Shown: positions 49,040-59,107 of the stretch, piece after piece
How positions within the stretch are numbered: the first letter of the stretch is position 1
Layout: every line of letters starts with the position of its first letter
From: Terriglobia bacterium
GTDB taxonomy: Bacteria > Acidobacteriota > Terriglobia > 20CM-2-55-15
Reading direction: 5' to 3'
NCBI GenBank assembly: GCA_965198225.1
Contig: CBDAOY010000005.1
Location: 672,001 to 736,000 of the forward strand
Length of the DNA stretch: 64,000 nt
Made by a program: the position numbers and the translations under genes
Notes under the pieces: generated by a model
What the model was told of the DNA's origin: nothing
Database searches by the model: none
Seen by the model: only the letters and a program-made list of their open reading frames with translations

Positions 49040-50323
49040 TCAACGCACGACCAGAATCTGTCCGGCGTAGATCGTACTGTTCCGCAGTCCGTTCAGATCC
49101 ATAAGCTCGCGGAGTCCCACCCCGAAACGTCTGGCGATCTCGGACAGCGTATCGCCCCATCGGACGCGGTATCGTCCGTCTGACGGCGCCGCCGCCGGAG
49201 CGCCGGAAACCGAGACCAGCAGAGTCTCGCCGGCAAAGATCACGTCGGTCGGCAGTCCGTTTAGATCCATGAGGCGGTTCACCGACGTTCCATGCCGGTT
49301 TGCGATCCCGCCCAGCGTGTCGCCGTACCGGACCCGGTAGCGGGCGCCGTCGACTCCGGAATCGGCCACCGACCTTCGCCGGGCCACCTGCGTCGGGACG
49401 TTCGAGAAGTCCTCGGGAGGGTCCAGCGCCAGCAGTCCGAAATACTTCTCATAGTTCTGGTAGACGTTCACGGCGGCGACGAACTCCGCGTAGAAGTTCT
49501 TCGACGCATAGCCGAACGACCGGCTCCTGTAGTTGCGGATGATCGTCGGCAGGTCGGATCCATGCCTGGATCGCGCCCGGGCCATACCGGCACGTCCATG
49601 GTTGTACGCGCTGATCGCCAGCGGCCACGATCGGAGTCTCTCGTAGTTGTTCTTGAGCAGGCGTGCGGCCGAACGTGTCGCGATAGCGGGGTTGAGCCGG
49701 TCATCCCGCCCGCGGACGACGCGCATGTAGAGCCGTCCGGTGCTGCTGGTGAACTGCCAGATACCGGCCGCGCCCGCGCTTGAGTACGCACGGTTCTCAA
49801 AAGACGACTCCACGAGGGGCAGCAGCGTGATGAGCGTCGGAACGCCGACCTCTTCGAAGACCTGCTCGAAGTAGGGCAGGTATCTACCCGACTTGATGAT
49901 CCCGGACCGAAAACGCTCCTTGATGCCACGTTGAGCGTGAACTCGCTGGCGAAGGACAGCGATGTTACCCGCCGTCATCTTCACGTCGGTTTCTGCGATG
50001 AGGTCGTAGATCCGACGTTCCTCGGCATTCATCGCCTCCGGCGTGGAGATCTTCCGCCGAATCTGATCAAGCGTCGCCCGGACCGAGCGCATCCTGGACC
50101 GACGTTCCCGTTCTGGCACGACGTCGTAGATCAGGTTGACGCGGAAGTTGTCGTGGATGATGTAGTCGTCTTCGCCGTAGATCGTGAAGACTTTTTCCCA
50201 GAACGCAACGCGGTCTTCAAGACCGGCGGACGGGAATCCGGGTGGGAGTTCCGCGAAGGATGGTGTGGTTGCAGCGATTGAAACGATCAGAAAAAGAAGC
50301 AGCGCGCGAGGGCCAGACTTCAT
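49040..50323 (-). CDS. MltD-like lytic transglycosylase with two LysM domains
   Basis: LVESSF, AAGIWQF, ISAYNHG; YRVRYGDTL and YRVRWGDTL. Confidence 0.9.
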   Translation of the reverse strand: MKSGPRALLLFLIVSIAATTPSFAELPPGFPSAGLEDRVAFWEKVFTIYGEDDYIIHDNFRVNLIYDVVPERERRSRMRSVRATLDQIRRKISTPEAMNAEERRIYDLIAETDVKMTAGNIAVLRQRVHAQRGIKERFRSGIIKSGRYLPYFEQVFEEVGVPTLITLLPLVESSFENRAYSSAGAAGIWQFTSSTGRLYMRVVRGRDDRLNPAIATRSAARLLKNNYERLRSWPLAISAYNHGRAGMARARSRHGSDLPTIIRNYRSRSFGYASKNFYAEFVAAVNVYQNYEKYFGLLALDPPEDFSNVPTQVARRRSVADSGVDGARYRVRYGDTLGGIANRHGTSVNRLMDLNGLPTDVIFAGETLLVSVSGAPAAAPSDGRYRVRWGDTLSEIARRFGVGLRELMDLNGLRNSTIYAGQILVVR

Positions 50324-50414
50324 CAGTCTCAGTCTCCGGTCAGCATCTCCCGGGCGATACGCCGCGCCCGAACACCAAAACTGCATTTTAGCACGGGGAC
50401 ATTGGGGAGAAGTC

Positions 50415-50625
50415 GTTATTCGTAGGCCGTTGGGCCGCTGACGCGGCCGGGATCGTAGGCCGTTATCCGTAGGCCGTTGCGGTTTCGCTAACCGACGATT
50501 CATTGGTGACTGGCGAGAAATATCTCTGTTCTCCGGCAGAGTCGTAGTCGCGCGTCCCACCCTCGTCCGTCATCAGCGAAACTTCGGCAAGCGACACCAC
50601 AACGGCCTACCGGTAACGGCCTACG
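50415..50625. repeat. Family 2 palindromic element
   Basis: CGTAGGCCGTT x3, GTGACTGGCGAG, GCGACACCACAACGGCCTAC. Confidence 0.75.
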
Positions 50626-50656
50626 AGAAGGATTGCGGTCTGTGACCGCATTCCTC

Positions 50657-52003
50657 CTACAGTTCCCGCATAACCGCCTGAGCGGCGACGTGCAGCGGAT
50701 CCCATAGGCTTCCGTAAGGAGGGGTGTAACCGAGATCGACCTGGGAGAGTTCGTCGACTTTCATGCCGGCGGTGATTGCGGTCGCAGCAACGTCGATACG
50801 CTTCGTGATGTCGCCATAGCCGGCTGCTTGCGCGCCGAGCAGCTTCCGGGTGTCGCGATCCGCGATCAGCTTCACCCAGATCTTCTGGGCGCCGGGGTAG
50901 TAGGCGGCGCGGTCGTAGGCTTCGATTCGGGCCGAAGCAGCGCGGATGCCTTCCTCTGCTGTTTCGTGAGAACTCAACCCCGTGCTGCCTACGGCGAGGT
51001 CGAAGACCTTGAGGACGGTCGTGCCGATCGACCCGCTGAACTTACTCCGCCCGCCGATAAGGTTCTCTCCGGCTACCCGCCCCTGCTTTGCCGCAACCGT
51101 GCCGAGGTAGTAGAGCACAGGTCGGTGTCGCACCTTGCAGTAGGTTTCGGCACAGTTACCAGCCGCAAAAATACTCGGGATGTTGGTTTCCAGGTAGTCG
51201 TCCACCGCGATGGCGCCGGTTGGGCCGGTGCGGAGGCCGGCCGCCTGGCTCAACTCGCTGTTGGGTCGAACGCCGGTGTCGAGTAGAACCATGTCGACCG
51301 GCTGGACGCCAAGGCTGCCAAGAGACTTGACACCGGTCACGTGCTCGCTTTCACCCACCAGGGCCTGAACGCGAGAACCGGTCCGCAGCCCGACGCCGTG
51401 ACGAGCCAGTTCGTATTCGATGATGCGGGCGATGTCGGGATCGACGCTTCCGAGAAGTTGTGGTCGCTGCTCGAAGATCGTGATGTCTTTGCCCACTGTC
51501 CGCAGACTCTCGGCGAGTTCCAGGCCGACGTAGCCGCCACCGACGATGGCGATTCTCTGCGCGTCGGACAAGGCTTCCTGAACCTTGAGAGCGCCTTCGA
51601 GGGTTGTGACAGGGAATACATTGCCGAGATCGGTGCCGGGAATGTCGGGCAGCCGTGGCGTAACGCCAGTTCCGACCAGCAGACGATCAAACCCAAAGCT
51701 CGCGGCCTCGCCCGTGTCGAGGCGCTTGCCGGTAACACGTTTGCGTGCTGGCTCAATCGCCTCGACTCGCATGTTAACGTGTGCGTCGATGTCGCGTTCC
51801 TTCTGGAGAGTCTCGGGAGTAAAGCGGATCAGATCGTCGGAAGGGACAGCCCCGGCAAGGAAGTAAGGAATCCCGCAGGTGCTGTAGGAAATCATCGGGC
51901 CCTGTTCGAGCACGGTGATGCCGACGCGGGGATTCAGACGTCGAGCGCGAGAAGCTGCCGTCATGCCAGCGGCGTTCCCCCCGATGATCAGAATCTTTTC
52001 CAT
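50657..52003 (-). CDS. CoA-disulfide reductase / NADH oxidase family flavoprotein
   Basis: GGNAAGMTAA, SYSTCGIPY redox Cys, GGGYVGLE, YTPPY. Confidence 0.9.
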   Translation of the reverse strand: MEKILIIGGNAAGMTAASRARRLNPRVGITVLEQGPMISYSTCGIPYFLAGAVPSDDLIRFTPETLQKERDIDAHVNMRVEAIEPARKRVTGKRLDTGEAASFGFDRLLVGTGVTPRLPDIPGTDLGNVFPVTTLEGALKVQEALSDAQRIAIVGGGYVGLELAESLRTVGKDITIFEQRPQLLGSVDPDIARIIEYELARHGVGLRTGSRVQALVGESEHVTGVKSLGSLGVQPVDMVLLDTGVRPNSELSQAAGLRTGPTGAIAVDDYLETNIPSIFAAGNCAETYCKVRHRPVLYYLGTVAAKQGRVAGENLIGGRSKFSGSIGTTVLKVFDLAVGSTGLSSHETAEEGIRAASARIEAYDRAAYYPGAQKIWVKLIADRDTRKLLGAQAAGYGDITKRIDVAATAITAGMKVDELSQVDLGYTPPYGSLWDPLHVAAQAVMREL

Positions 52004-52004
52004 C

Positions 52005-52757
52005 CTAAAAGTACTTTTCTCTTTCAGCTATCCAGGACGATGGATCGTTCGAGCCACGCCGTTCGACGAACACGTGCGTGCGATCGGAAGACACTCGTGC
52101 GCGTAGTCCGGCCTCGACGACGAGGTCGTCGAGCTCCCTCCGCGTGAAACCTGCCCGCACCGATGCTTCGAACACCGACCGGAGTCTTCCGGTGTAATGC
52201 CGGCCGTGGTCGGCGAGGTGACGCGACAACCTCAGGCTTGAGGGCCGGAGCCAGTCGCGGATCAGGATCGCGCCGCTTGGCTTCGTCACGCGATTGATTT
52301 CGACGAGCACTTCCAGGGGGTTCTCGAAACGATGTAGCGCCGCATCCGAGACCATGAGATCGAAGTAGCCGTTTTTTAATTTCATCAGTTGCGGATCCCC
52401 GACCTGGAAGAACATCCGTTCACCAAGCTCCCAGGCGTCGGCTGTGTCGCGCGCTCGCTCCGCAATCTTGCCGACACGCTGCAGTCCGATACCGAAAAGG
52501 TCGTCCTTCTGCCAGAGAATCTTCAGCGGGATCAGACCCAGTTGACTCCCGATATCGAGAACCATCCCGCTGTCGACGCCCAGCGCCAGCGCTCGGTCCA
52601 CAAACTTCCGGTCCTGCTCCGAAAAGTATTCCAGGGCGGCCGCATCGACCCACGCGTCGATCTCTTCGTCGCTGATGGCCGCTTGATTTGCAAGGACCCT
52701 GGCCGGGTGGATCAAGCGCGAGGCGACTCCCGCCAGGGATACACGGGACGCCGTCAT
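52005..52757 (-). CDS. Class I SAM-dependent methyltransferase-like protein
   Basis: VLDIGSQLG (degenerate), FDLMVS, EINRVTKPSG. Confidence 0.75.
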   Translation of the reverse strand: MTASRVSLAGVASRLIHPARVLANQAAISDEEIDAWVDAAALEYFSEQDRKFVDRALALGVDSGMVLDIGSQLGLIPLKILWQKDDLFGIGLQRVGKIAERARDTADAWELGERMFFQVGDPQLMKLKNGYFDLMVSDAALHRFENPLEVLVEINRVTKPSGAILIRDWLRPSSLRLSRHLADHGRHYTGRLRSVFEASVRAGFTRRELDDLVVEAGLRARVSSDRTHVFVERRGSNDPSSWIAEREKYF

Positions 52758-52767
52758 GTCGGTAGTT

Positions 52768-53256
52768 TCATTCTTCCTGTGGAGATTCGTCGAGTAGCCC
52801 GATGACCTCGTCGAGAAGCATGTTGTGCTGCGCCATGTACTTCACCTCACGCACGAACGCAAAGAGGTTGGTCACGACTGCGCCGAGTGCGAGAAATGTG
52901 TGGATCCAGGTCGGTATGACGCGCGTGTCGACCCCACCGCCCACGATCCACGCGGCCATCGTGAACAGAATGGCCAGGGTCGCGGGCAGAAACACTTTCG
53001 ATTTGAATTCGCGGGTCCGCTGGATGAAGTCGCCCGACTGCGGGCGTGACGCGACCAGATCCTTGACCTGTTTGCCCATTCCGATGAAGAAAAACATCGA
53101 CATGCTCTGGGCGAGAACCACGATAAATGTCGAGAACATCGCGAACAGAAAATGATCGGACAGGCCCACGCGGCCGTCCATCGCAAACCCCAGATAAAGC
53201 GTGATTACAAGAGAGATGATCCCGAGCAGGGAAGCGGTTAATAGTGCCAATACCAT
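52768..53256 (-). CDS. Hypothetical 4-TM membrane protein
   Basis: Four hydrophobic segments with His residues; operon-like spacing. Confidence 0.65.
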   Translation of the reverse strand: MVLALLTASLLGIISLVITLYLGFAMDGRVGLSDHFLFAMFSTFIVVLAQSMSMFFFIGMGKQVKDLVASRPQSGDFIQRTREFKSKVFLPATLAILFTMAAWIVGGGVDTRVIPTWIHTFLALGAVVTNLFAFVREVKYMAQHNMLLDEVIGLLDESPQEE

Positions 53257-53411
53257 GAGCGGGGGAGATTCTACCACGCACCTTTCGGGGCATCGGTTGA
53301 CGCCCTTGCCAGGAACGGACAAGGTTTGTCCGGACCGCAAGATGATGGGTACGCGGACTGGAGCGATTCAAGCAGTTGTGTGCGCGACTTCACCTGTGGT
53401 ATGTAGTTCGG

Positions 53412-54098
53412 GTGCGTCGAGTAGTTGTCATCTTCGTCGTGGCGGCCCTGGCTTCGGCCTGTGCGAAGCGCCCTCGCGTGTCTGCTCCGACGGGTACCGT
53501 CGCGGCTTCGAATGAGAGCGTCCGATCCTCCTCTCGGGGGACGAGTGAGTTCGAGGGCGATGCCTCCTACTACGCTGACCCGTACCACGGACGGCCGACA
53601 GCGAACGGCGAGACTTTCGACAAGAACAAAACGACCGCCGCCCACCGGACTCTGCCCTTCGATACCTGGGTACGTGTCGAAAACCGCTTGAACGGGAAGA
53701 AAGTAGACGTTCGGATCAACGATCGCGGGCCTTTTGTCGCGGGCCGGGTCATCGACCTTTCGCTGGGAGCCGCAAGAAAGATCGACATGGTGCGCGCCGG
53801 TGTCGTCCCGGTTCGGCTGGAAATCATCAAGGAAGCGCCGAAAGCAGCACGATCCGCCGCCCGGCCTCAGAGCGTCTTTTACGTCGTCCAGGTGGGAGCG
53901 TTTCGTGAGGAGCGTGCCGCCCAGGCATTGAGACGCCGGATCGAGAAGAAGTACACGGGTGTGTACGTCGACAAGCCAGGCGGCGGAGACAACCTCTACA
54001 AGGTTTGGATCGGTCGTGCCCTGCTGCGAGAAGCCCGGCGACTCCAGACGTTGCTGAAAGAGGACAACATCGAAAGCATCGTGATCCAAATGAAATAG
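53412..54098 (+). CDS. rlpA: RlpA septal ring lytic transglycosylase (DPBB + SPOR)
   Basis: Lipobox [33 protein letters not shown]. Confidence 0.93.
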   Translation: MRRVVVIFVVAALASACAKRPRVSAPTGTVAASNESVRSSSRGTSEFEGDASYYADPYHGRPTANGETFDKNKTTAAHRTLPFDTWVRVENRLNGKKVDVRINDRGPFVAGRVIDLSLGAARKIDMVRAGVVPVRLEIIKEAPKAARSAARPQSVFYVVQVGAFREERAAQALRRRIEKKYTGVYVDKPGGGDNLYKVWIGRALLREARRLQTLLKEDNIESIVIQMK

Positions 54099-54100
54099 CT

Positions 54101-54166
54101 GTAGGTGCGGTCTATGACCGCACACTCTTCGAGCCGAAACGATGTGCGCGCATAGAGCGCACCTAC
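54101..54166. repeat. GTAG REP doublet, family 1
   Basis: GTAGGTGCGGTCTATGACCGCAC ... CATAGAGCGCACCTAC. Confidence 0.88.
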
Positions 54167-54287
54167 ACCTCCCCAACCCTCACTCCTGTAGCCCTGTGTC
54201 CCGCCGATGCCCGACGAGGTTGGAATTGACTGTCCCCTTAGGCTCGGCTAAAGTGCGACCATTCTTCCGAATCTCTCTGGAGACCGT

Positions 54288-55691
54288 ATGAGGCAAGTTA
54301 CCCTGGCCGTGTTTGTCTGCATATTGGTGGCATCGAATCTCGCCGCCCAGGAGCAGCCCGTCTACCTGACTGGTGGCCACCTCGTCGATGTTGTCCGGGG
54401 CGAGATCTACGAAGACATCGGCATCGTCTGCGAAGGCGGTAAAATCACCGGGCTCTTCTTCGATTTTTCCTATAACGATAACCTGATCCCCGAAGGCGCC
54501 GTCCGCGTCGACGTCGGCGGTAAGTACCTGTTGCCGGGCTTGATTGACCTGCACGCTCACACCGGCACCGAGTTCAGGGGTATCGAGGTCGACCAGGAAC
54601 GATTCTTCAGGTTGTTCCTCAAGGGTGGTGTGACGACCATTCGTGCCATGTCGGGCGACATGGCGGGGTTGATCCGCGACAAGACCGCGGTCGATGCCGG
54701 AGCGATGGACGGGCCGAACATCATCGTGGGGTCGAATTCCTTCGAACAGTCGCCCGGTTTCCCGAAACTCCCCCGGACCGACATCGTCAACAACCCGACC
54801 GAGGCGCGCGAGTTGGTCAGCAACTATGCCTACGAGGGCGCCGACTGGATCAAGTTCTACAACTACGGCGACGAGGAGATCGTTCGCGCTGTTGTCGATG
54901 AAGCACACAGCCACGGACGGAAAGTGTTCGGGCACTTCGCCACGCTCGGAGCCGCCGATGCGGCACGGCTCGGCGTCGACAGCCTCGAACACACCGTGGC
55001 GCTGCTGCAGAAAGCTCTGGACTACGAAGACAGCATTTCGATGACCGACATCGGCTACTATCGACTGTTCGTCCTGTGGCCCTCGGTGAACGAGGAAAAA
55101 CTGGATGAGATTTTCGAGGTTCTGATCGAGCACGGCACGGCCGTCGTTCCGACGCTGACGATCCAGAACGTCGTGGCCGACCCGGAAGGCATCGCCCGGC
55201 GCAGTGCCGACTGGTTTCCCTATTACCAGCCCGAGATCTATGAGTCATTCCAGGCGGATCCGAAACGGGTTCCGGACGCCTACGATTTCAGCAACGTCGA
55301 GGACCAGTGGCCCGAGAGCATCCGCGTCCAGGCGCGACTGATGGCGAAGTTCCTCCACATGGGAGGAATCGTCGGTACGGGTTCGGATCTGAACCCGGCG
55401 CCGCCGATCGTCCCCGGCCTTTCGATCCACCAGGAGATGCAGTACTTCGTCGACGGCGGCATGACGCCGCTCGAGGCGCTTCGGACCGCGACGATCATGG
55501 CGGCCGAGATACTAGGTTGGGAAACCCGCTTCGGGTCGATCGAAGTCGGCAAGCAGGCCGACATCGTTGCGGTCGACGGCAACCCGCTCGTGGACATCAC
55601 GAACATCTCGAACATCGATACGGTCGTGAGAGCCGGTAAGGTGTACCGAATTTCCGAGCTGGAGGACATGCTCCGCAACGATCGCCAATAA
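54288..55691 (+). CDS. Secreted amidohydrolase family protein
   Basis: Signal peptide, PGLIDLHAH, SLEH, GKQADIV. Confidence 0.88.
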   Translation: MRQVTLAVFVCILVASNLAAQEQPVYLTGGHLVDVVRGEIYEDIGIVCEGGKITGLFFDFSYNDNLIPEGAVRVDVGGKYLLPGLIDLHAHTGTEFRGIEVDQERFFRLFLKGGVTTIRAMSGDMAGLIRDKTAVDAGAMDGPNIIVGSNSFEQSPGFPKLPRTDIVNNPTEARELVSNYAYEGADWIKFYNYGDEEIVRAVVDEAHSHGRKVFGHFATLGAADAARLGVDSLEHTVALLQKALDYEDSISMTDIGYYRLFVLWPSVNEEKLDEIFEVLIEHGTAVVPTLTIQNVVADPEGIARRSADWFPYYQPEIYESFQADPKRVPDAYDFSNVEDQWPESIRVQARLMAKFLHMGGIVGTGSDLNPAPPIVPGLSIHQEMQYFVDGGMTPLEALRTATIMAAEILGWETRFGSIEVGKQADIVAVDGNPLVDITNISNIDTVVRAGKVYRISELEDMLRNDRQ

Positions 55692-55702
55692 GGAGACGAA
55701 TC

Positions 55703-57142
55703 ATGTCACGAAAGACCACGTGTTCAATCGCGATACTCTTTTTGATTGGGGCCGCTGTAGCGATGCCCCAGGCTCCGGAACTCTCGCCTGCCGTCCGGGA
55801 GTTCATCAGCGTCGATGCCCCGGTCATCGCCCTGACAAATGTCCGCGTGATCGACGGGACGGGCACGGCTGCGGTCGAGGATCAGACGATCGTGATCGCG
55901 GAAGGGCGCATCCAGGCGATGGGCGATGCCGCGAGCACCCGCGTTCCGGCCGGCGCCGAAGTTCTCGAACTCGAAGGTCACACCGTGATCCCGGGCATCG
56001 TCGGCATGCACGAGCACCTGTTCTATCCAGCCGGCAGCAGCCCCGCGCTGTACCCGACACTGGGGGTGACTTTCCCGAAGCTCTACCTGGCGAACGGCGT
56101 GACGACGATGCGAACCGGCGGCAGCATGGAGCCTTACCTGGACCAGAACATCAAGCATCGCATCGATGCGGGCCAAATGGCGGGACCGGAGATCCATCTG
56201 ACCGGACCGTACCTGGAAGGGCAGGGCAGTCCGATCCTGCAACTGCATCAGCTGAACGGGCCCGATGAGGCGCGCCAGATGGTGAACTACTGGGCCGACC
56301 TTGGTTTCACGTCGTTCAAGGCCTATAACTACATCTCGCGCGACGAACTCCGGGCGGCGGTCGAGGAGGCCCACAAACGCGGTCTCAAGGTGACCGGCCA
56401 TCTGTGCTCGATCGGATTCGGCGAAGCCGCCGAGATCGGCATCGACAACCTGGAGCACGGCTGGCGGACCAATACCGAATACACGCCCGGGAAAAACGCG
56501 GATCAGTGCCCCCCGGGTAGCCAGACCAGCCGGACACTCGCCGCGATGGACATCCAGAGCCCCGAAGCCCAGGAAACGATCCGCAACCTCGTCCGCCACG
56601 GCGTCGCGATCACCTCCACTCTGGTCGTCAACGAGGCTTCGTTGCCGGGTCGACCGATCCCGCCGCAACGGGCGCTGGACACCATGTCCCCGAACTCGCA
56701 AAACCTTTTCTTCGGCCGCCGCGCCCGCGCCGCGCTCAACCCGAACGCTCTTTCGATCGTGCTCTTCAGGAAAGAGATGGAGTTCCAGTACGCCTTCGCG
56801 AAGGCCGGGGGACTGCTGGTGGCGGGCGTCGACCCCACAGGCAACGGAGGAGCCCTGCCCGGGTTTGGAGATCTGCGCAACATTGAACTGCTCGTGGAAG
56901 CCGGTTTTACGCCCGAAGAGGCCGTTCAGGTCTCGACGTCCAACGGAGCGCAGCTTCTGGGCGAGGCGGAACGGATCGGAACGCTCGCCGTCGGCCGTGA
57001 GGCCGACCTGGTCGTAATACGCGGCAACCCGGCCGCCGAGGTCTCCGACATCCTGAACGTTGAGACGGTGTTCAAAGGCGGGATCGGTTACGATTCGGCA
57101 AAGCTGATCGATTCGGTGCGGGGAGCGGTGGGGAGGTACTAG
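55703..57142 (+). CDS. Secreted amidohydrolase family protein
   Basis: Signal peptide, PGIVGMHEH, NLEHG, GREADLV. Confidence 0.88.
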   Translation: MSRKTTCSIAILFLIGAAVAMPQAPELSPAVREFISVDAPVIALTNVRVIDGTGTAAVEDQTIVIAEGRIQAMGDAASTRVPAGAEVLELEGHTVIPGIVGMHEHLFYPAGSSPALYPTLGVTFPKLYLANGVTTMRTGGSMEPYLDQNIKHRIDAGQMAGPEIHLTGPYLEGQGSPILQLHQLNGPDEARQMVNYWADLGFTSFKAYNYISRDELRAAVEEAHKRGLKVTGHLCSIGFGEAAEIGIDNLEHGWRTNTEYTPGKNADQCPPGSQTSRTLAAMDIQSPEAQETIRNLVRHGVAITSTLVVNEASLPGRPIPPQRALDTMSPNSQNLFFGRRARAALNPNALSIVLFRKEMEFQYAFAKAGGLLVAGVDPTGNGGALPGFGDLRNIELLVEAGFTPEEAVQVSTSNGAQLLGEAERIGTLAVGREADLVVIRGNPAAEVSDILNVETVFKGGIGYDSAKLIDSVRGAVGRY

Positions 57143-57217
57143 AAGGGGCTGAAGCGGACGCCAAAGAAGTGAGCAGCTGTCGTATTCAGAACGACGACCA
57201 AAGATCGTGTGTTTGGA

Positions 57218-57478
57218 TTACGGAAGAGGCTCGATTTTCCCGGGAGCCTCAAGATCCTTGGCCTTATCCCACGCGGCGAGCAGTTCCGTTCGGTGTAACG
57301 AAACCCACTCCGCGACCAGGCCGAGAGCACGAGCGGGAAGGCGGCCTGATATCACAGCGAGTGTATGGATTTCAAAGATCGCTTCCTCGCCGGAGTAGTA
57401 GGCGTGGAAGTGAGGCGGGTTGTGATCATCAAAATACATCTTGATGACGATCCCATAGAACCGGCTGAGCTCAGGCAT
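57218..57478 (-). CDS. DUF4160 family protein (HicA-like putative toxin)
   Basis: MPELSRFYGIVIKMYFDDHNPPHFHA. Confidence 0.85.
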   Translation of the reverse strand: MPELSRFYGIVIKMYFDDHNPPHFHAYYSGEEAIFEIHTLAVISGRLPARALGLVAEWVSLHRTELLAAWDKAKDLEAPGKIEPLP

Positions 57479-57755
57479 CCACCCGAGAGTTTCTGAGACT
57501 CGGGAAGACTTCCTCTGCGCGTTTCCCCGTCAGTTGGAGGTACAGGGCGTCTGGACAGAGCTCCACTTCCTCAGTCCAGACTATTTCACCGTTTTCACCG
57601 ATCCTCACCGAGTCAAACACTCCGGGATCCTTCCAGGCTGTGAAGACACCCCGGTCCTTGAGATAGGACAGGTCGATCTCGCCTTCGGTACCGTCGTTGT
57701 ACCTGAGTTTGAGACGAAACCCTTCAAGTGGTTTTACTTCCAGCGCTCTTGGCAT
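57471..57755 (-). CDS. DUF2442 family protein (putative antitoxin)
   Basis: EVKPLEGFRLKLRYNDG..EIDL, W...ELCPDALY. Confidence 0.85.
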   Translation of the reverse strand: MPRALEVKPLEGFRLKLRYNDGTEGEIDLSYLKDRGVFTAWKDPGVFDSVRIGENGEIVWTEEVELCPDALYLQLTGKRAEEVFPSLRNSRVDA

Positions 57756-58145
57756 GTTCGGATGATACCACTGGCGACAGGGTGCGTACGTTGACCAGCG
57801 CTTGACCCCGACCCAGAACAGCGAATCCGAGTGGCTGCGGGGGGGGGGGGGGACCCGTCATTCAGGTCTTCAGAGAAAACCGCTTGATAGACCGCACCTA
57901 CACGTGTCGTGTGATTGGTTTCCAGCTAGCATGAACGTACATGCCGTTGCGACGCGAACTGTCCCCCCATCGGGCGCACGCCCCTTCATGGCAGCGGCAC
58001 CCGTTCCTTCAGTTCCTCTGTGAATCCTGTCTCTGGGGCATTCCGTCGCCAATGTCTGGATAAACTTGAGTAAATGGTATGAAAGGAAGGGGTTGGAAGC
58101 AATCAAGCTCTCGTGTACAGGCCCGTAGGCTGGAGGAAAGCGAAC

Positions 58146-58634
58146 ATGATGGAAGTTCTCGTGACGGCGATAGACCAGGCTTTTGACAAGAAATCCTGGC
58201 ATGGCACGAATCTGAGAGGATCGATCCGGGGCGTGACGTTCGAAGAGGCCGCCTGGCGCCCGGCCCCGAACCGGCACAACATCTGGGAGATAGTCCTGCA
58301 TGCGGCCTACTGGAAATACGTCGTTCGCCGCCGAATCTTGAACGAAAAACGGGGTTCCTTCCCGTTGAAGGGTTCCGATTGGTTTACGCCGGAGGATGTC
58401 AGCGACGCCGCCTGGAAAAGAGATGTTCGTCTTCTCCTGGACGTTCACCGTTCTATGCGAGGGGCAGTTATTGGCCTGGATGCTCAGGATCTGTCGAGGA
58501 AGCCGTCGGGAAGCAAGGTCGACAACCTGTCCCTGCTCACCGGCATATCGGCTCACGATCTATACCATGCCGGTCAGATTCAGTTATTGAAACGACTCGG
58601 TGCCAAATGGTCGAGGACTCGAACCACCGTGTAG
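58146..58634 (+). CDS. DinB family protein
   Basis: WHG, IWEIVLH, HDLYHAGQI. Confidence 0.88.
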   Translation: MMEVLVTAIDQAFDKKSWHGTNLRGSIRGVTFEEAAWRPAPNRHNIWEIVLHAAYWKYVVRRRILNEKRGSFPLKGSDWFTPEDVSDAAWKRDVRLLLDVHRSMRGAVIGLDAQDLSRKPSGSKVDNLSLLTGISAHDLYHAGQIQLLKRLGAKWSRTRTTV

Positions 58635-58777
58635 TCGCCGGCCGGAAAGGTTTGACCGCCCAGATCAAAATCGAAGGGAACGTTAACTCTAAGATGCTCG
58701 CTCTGGGCGTACAGCGAACCCGCTCCCATCAGTGCGACTACACTCAGCGTCGCAAGAATCGTGAACACTCGGTTCAT
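58580..58777 (-). pseudogene. Truncated Acidobacterial-type secreted protein
   Basis: Signal peptide + VNVPFDF..GQTFPAGDYTV, ends early inside the dinB 3' end. Confidence 0.5.
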
Positions 58778-59107
58778 TGAAAGGCACTCCTTGATCAAAT
58801 CTCGATACGGTTTGTGCCAGAGCTCTCGCAGTTGTATCAGCCTTCTTCGATCTCGATGCCTCATCGTGAGATCGGATCGTTTCTTCGGCTTCTTAAGAAA
58901 GCCCCGAAAATGGGGCTTTAATTTCTAAGACTCCAAGAAAAAGAGATTGGTTACACCTGTTTTTCTGGACACGGTCAGCCTGGCGGAAGAATCAAAACAT
59001 CGGCGCCACCGACCCTCCCCGCTCCTCCCGACAAGAAGAGGGGGGAAAATGCCTCCTCAGGCGACTATGGTTTTAATAGGCAGAAATAGGACGGAGGCAA
59101 GCAGCTC

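Noticed and set aside
57825-57860. tRNA 3' end / att-site remnant
   Set aside because: Only a TGGCTGCGGGGG resemblance; no T-loop, cloverleaf or integrase
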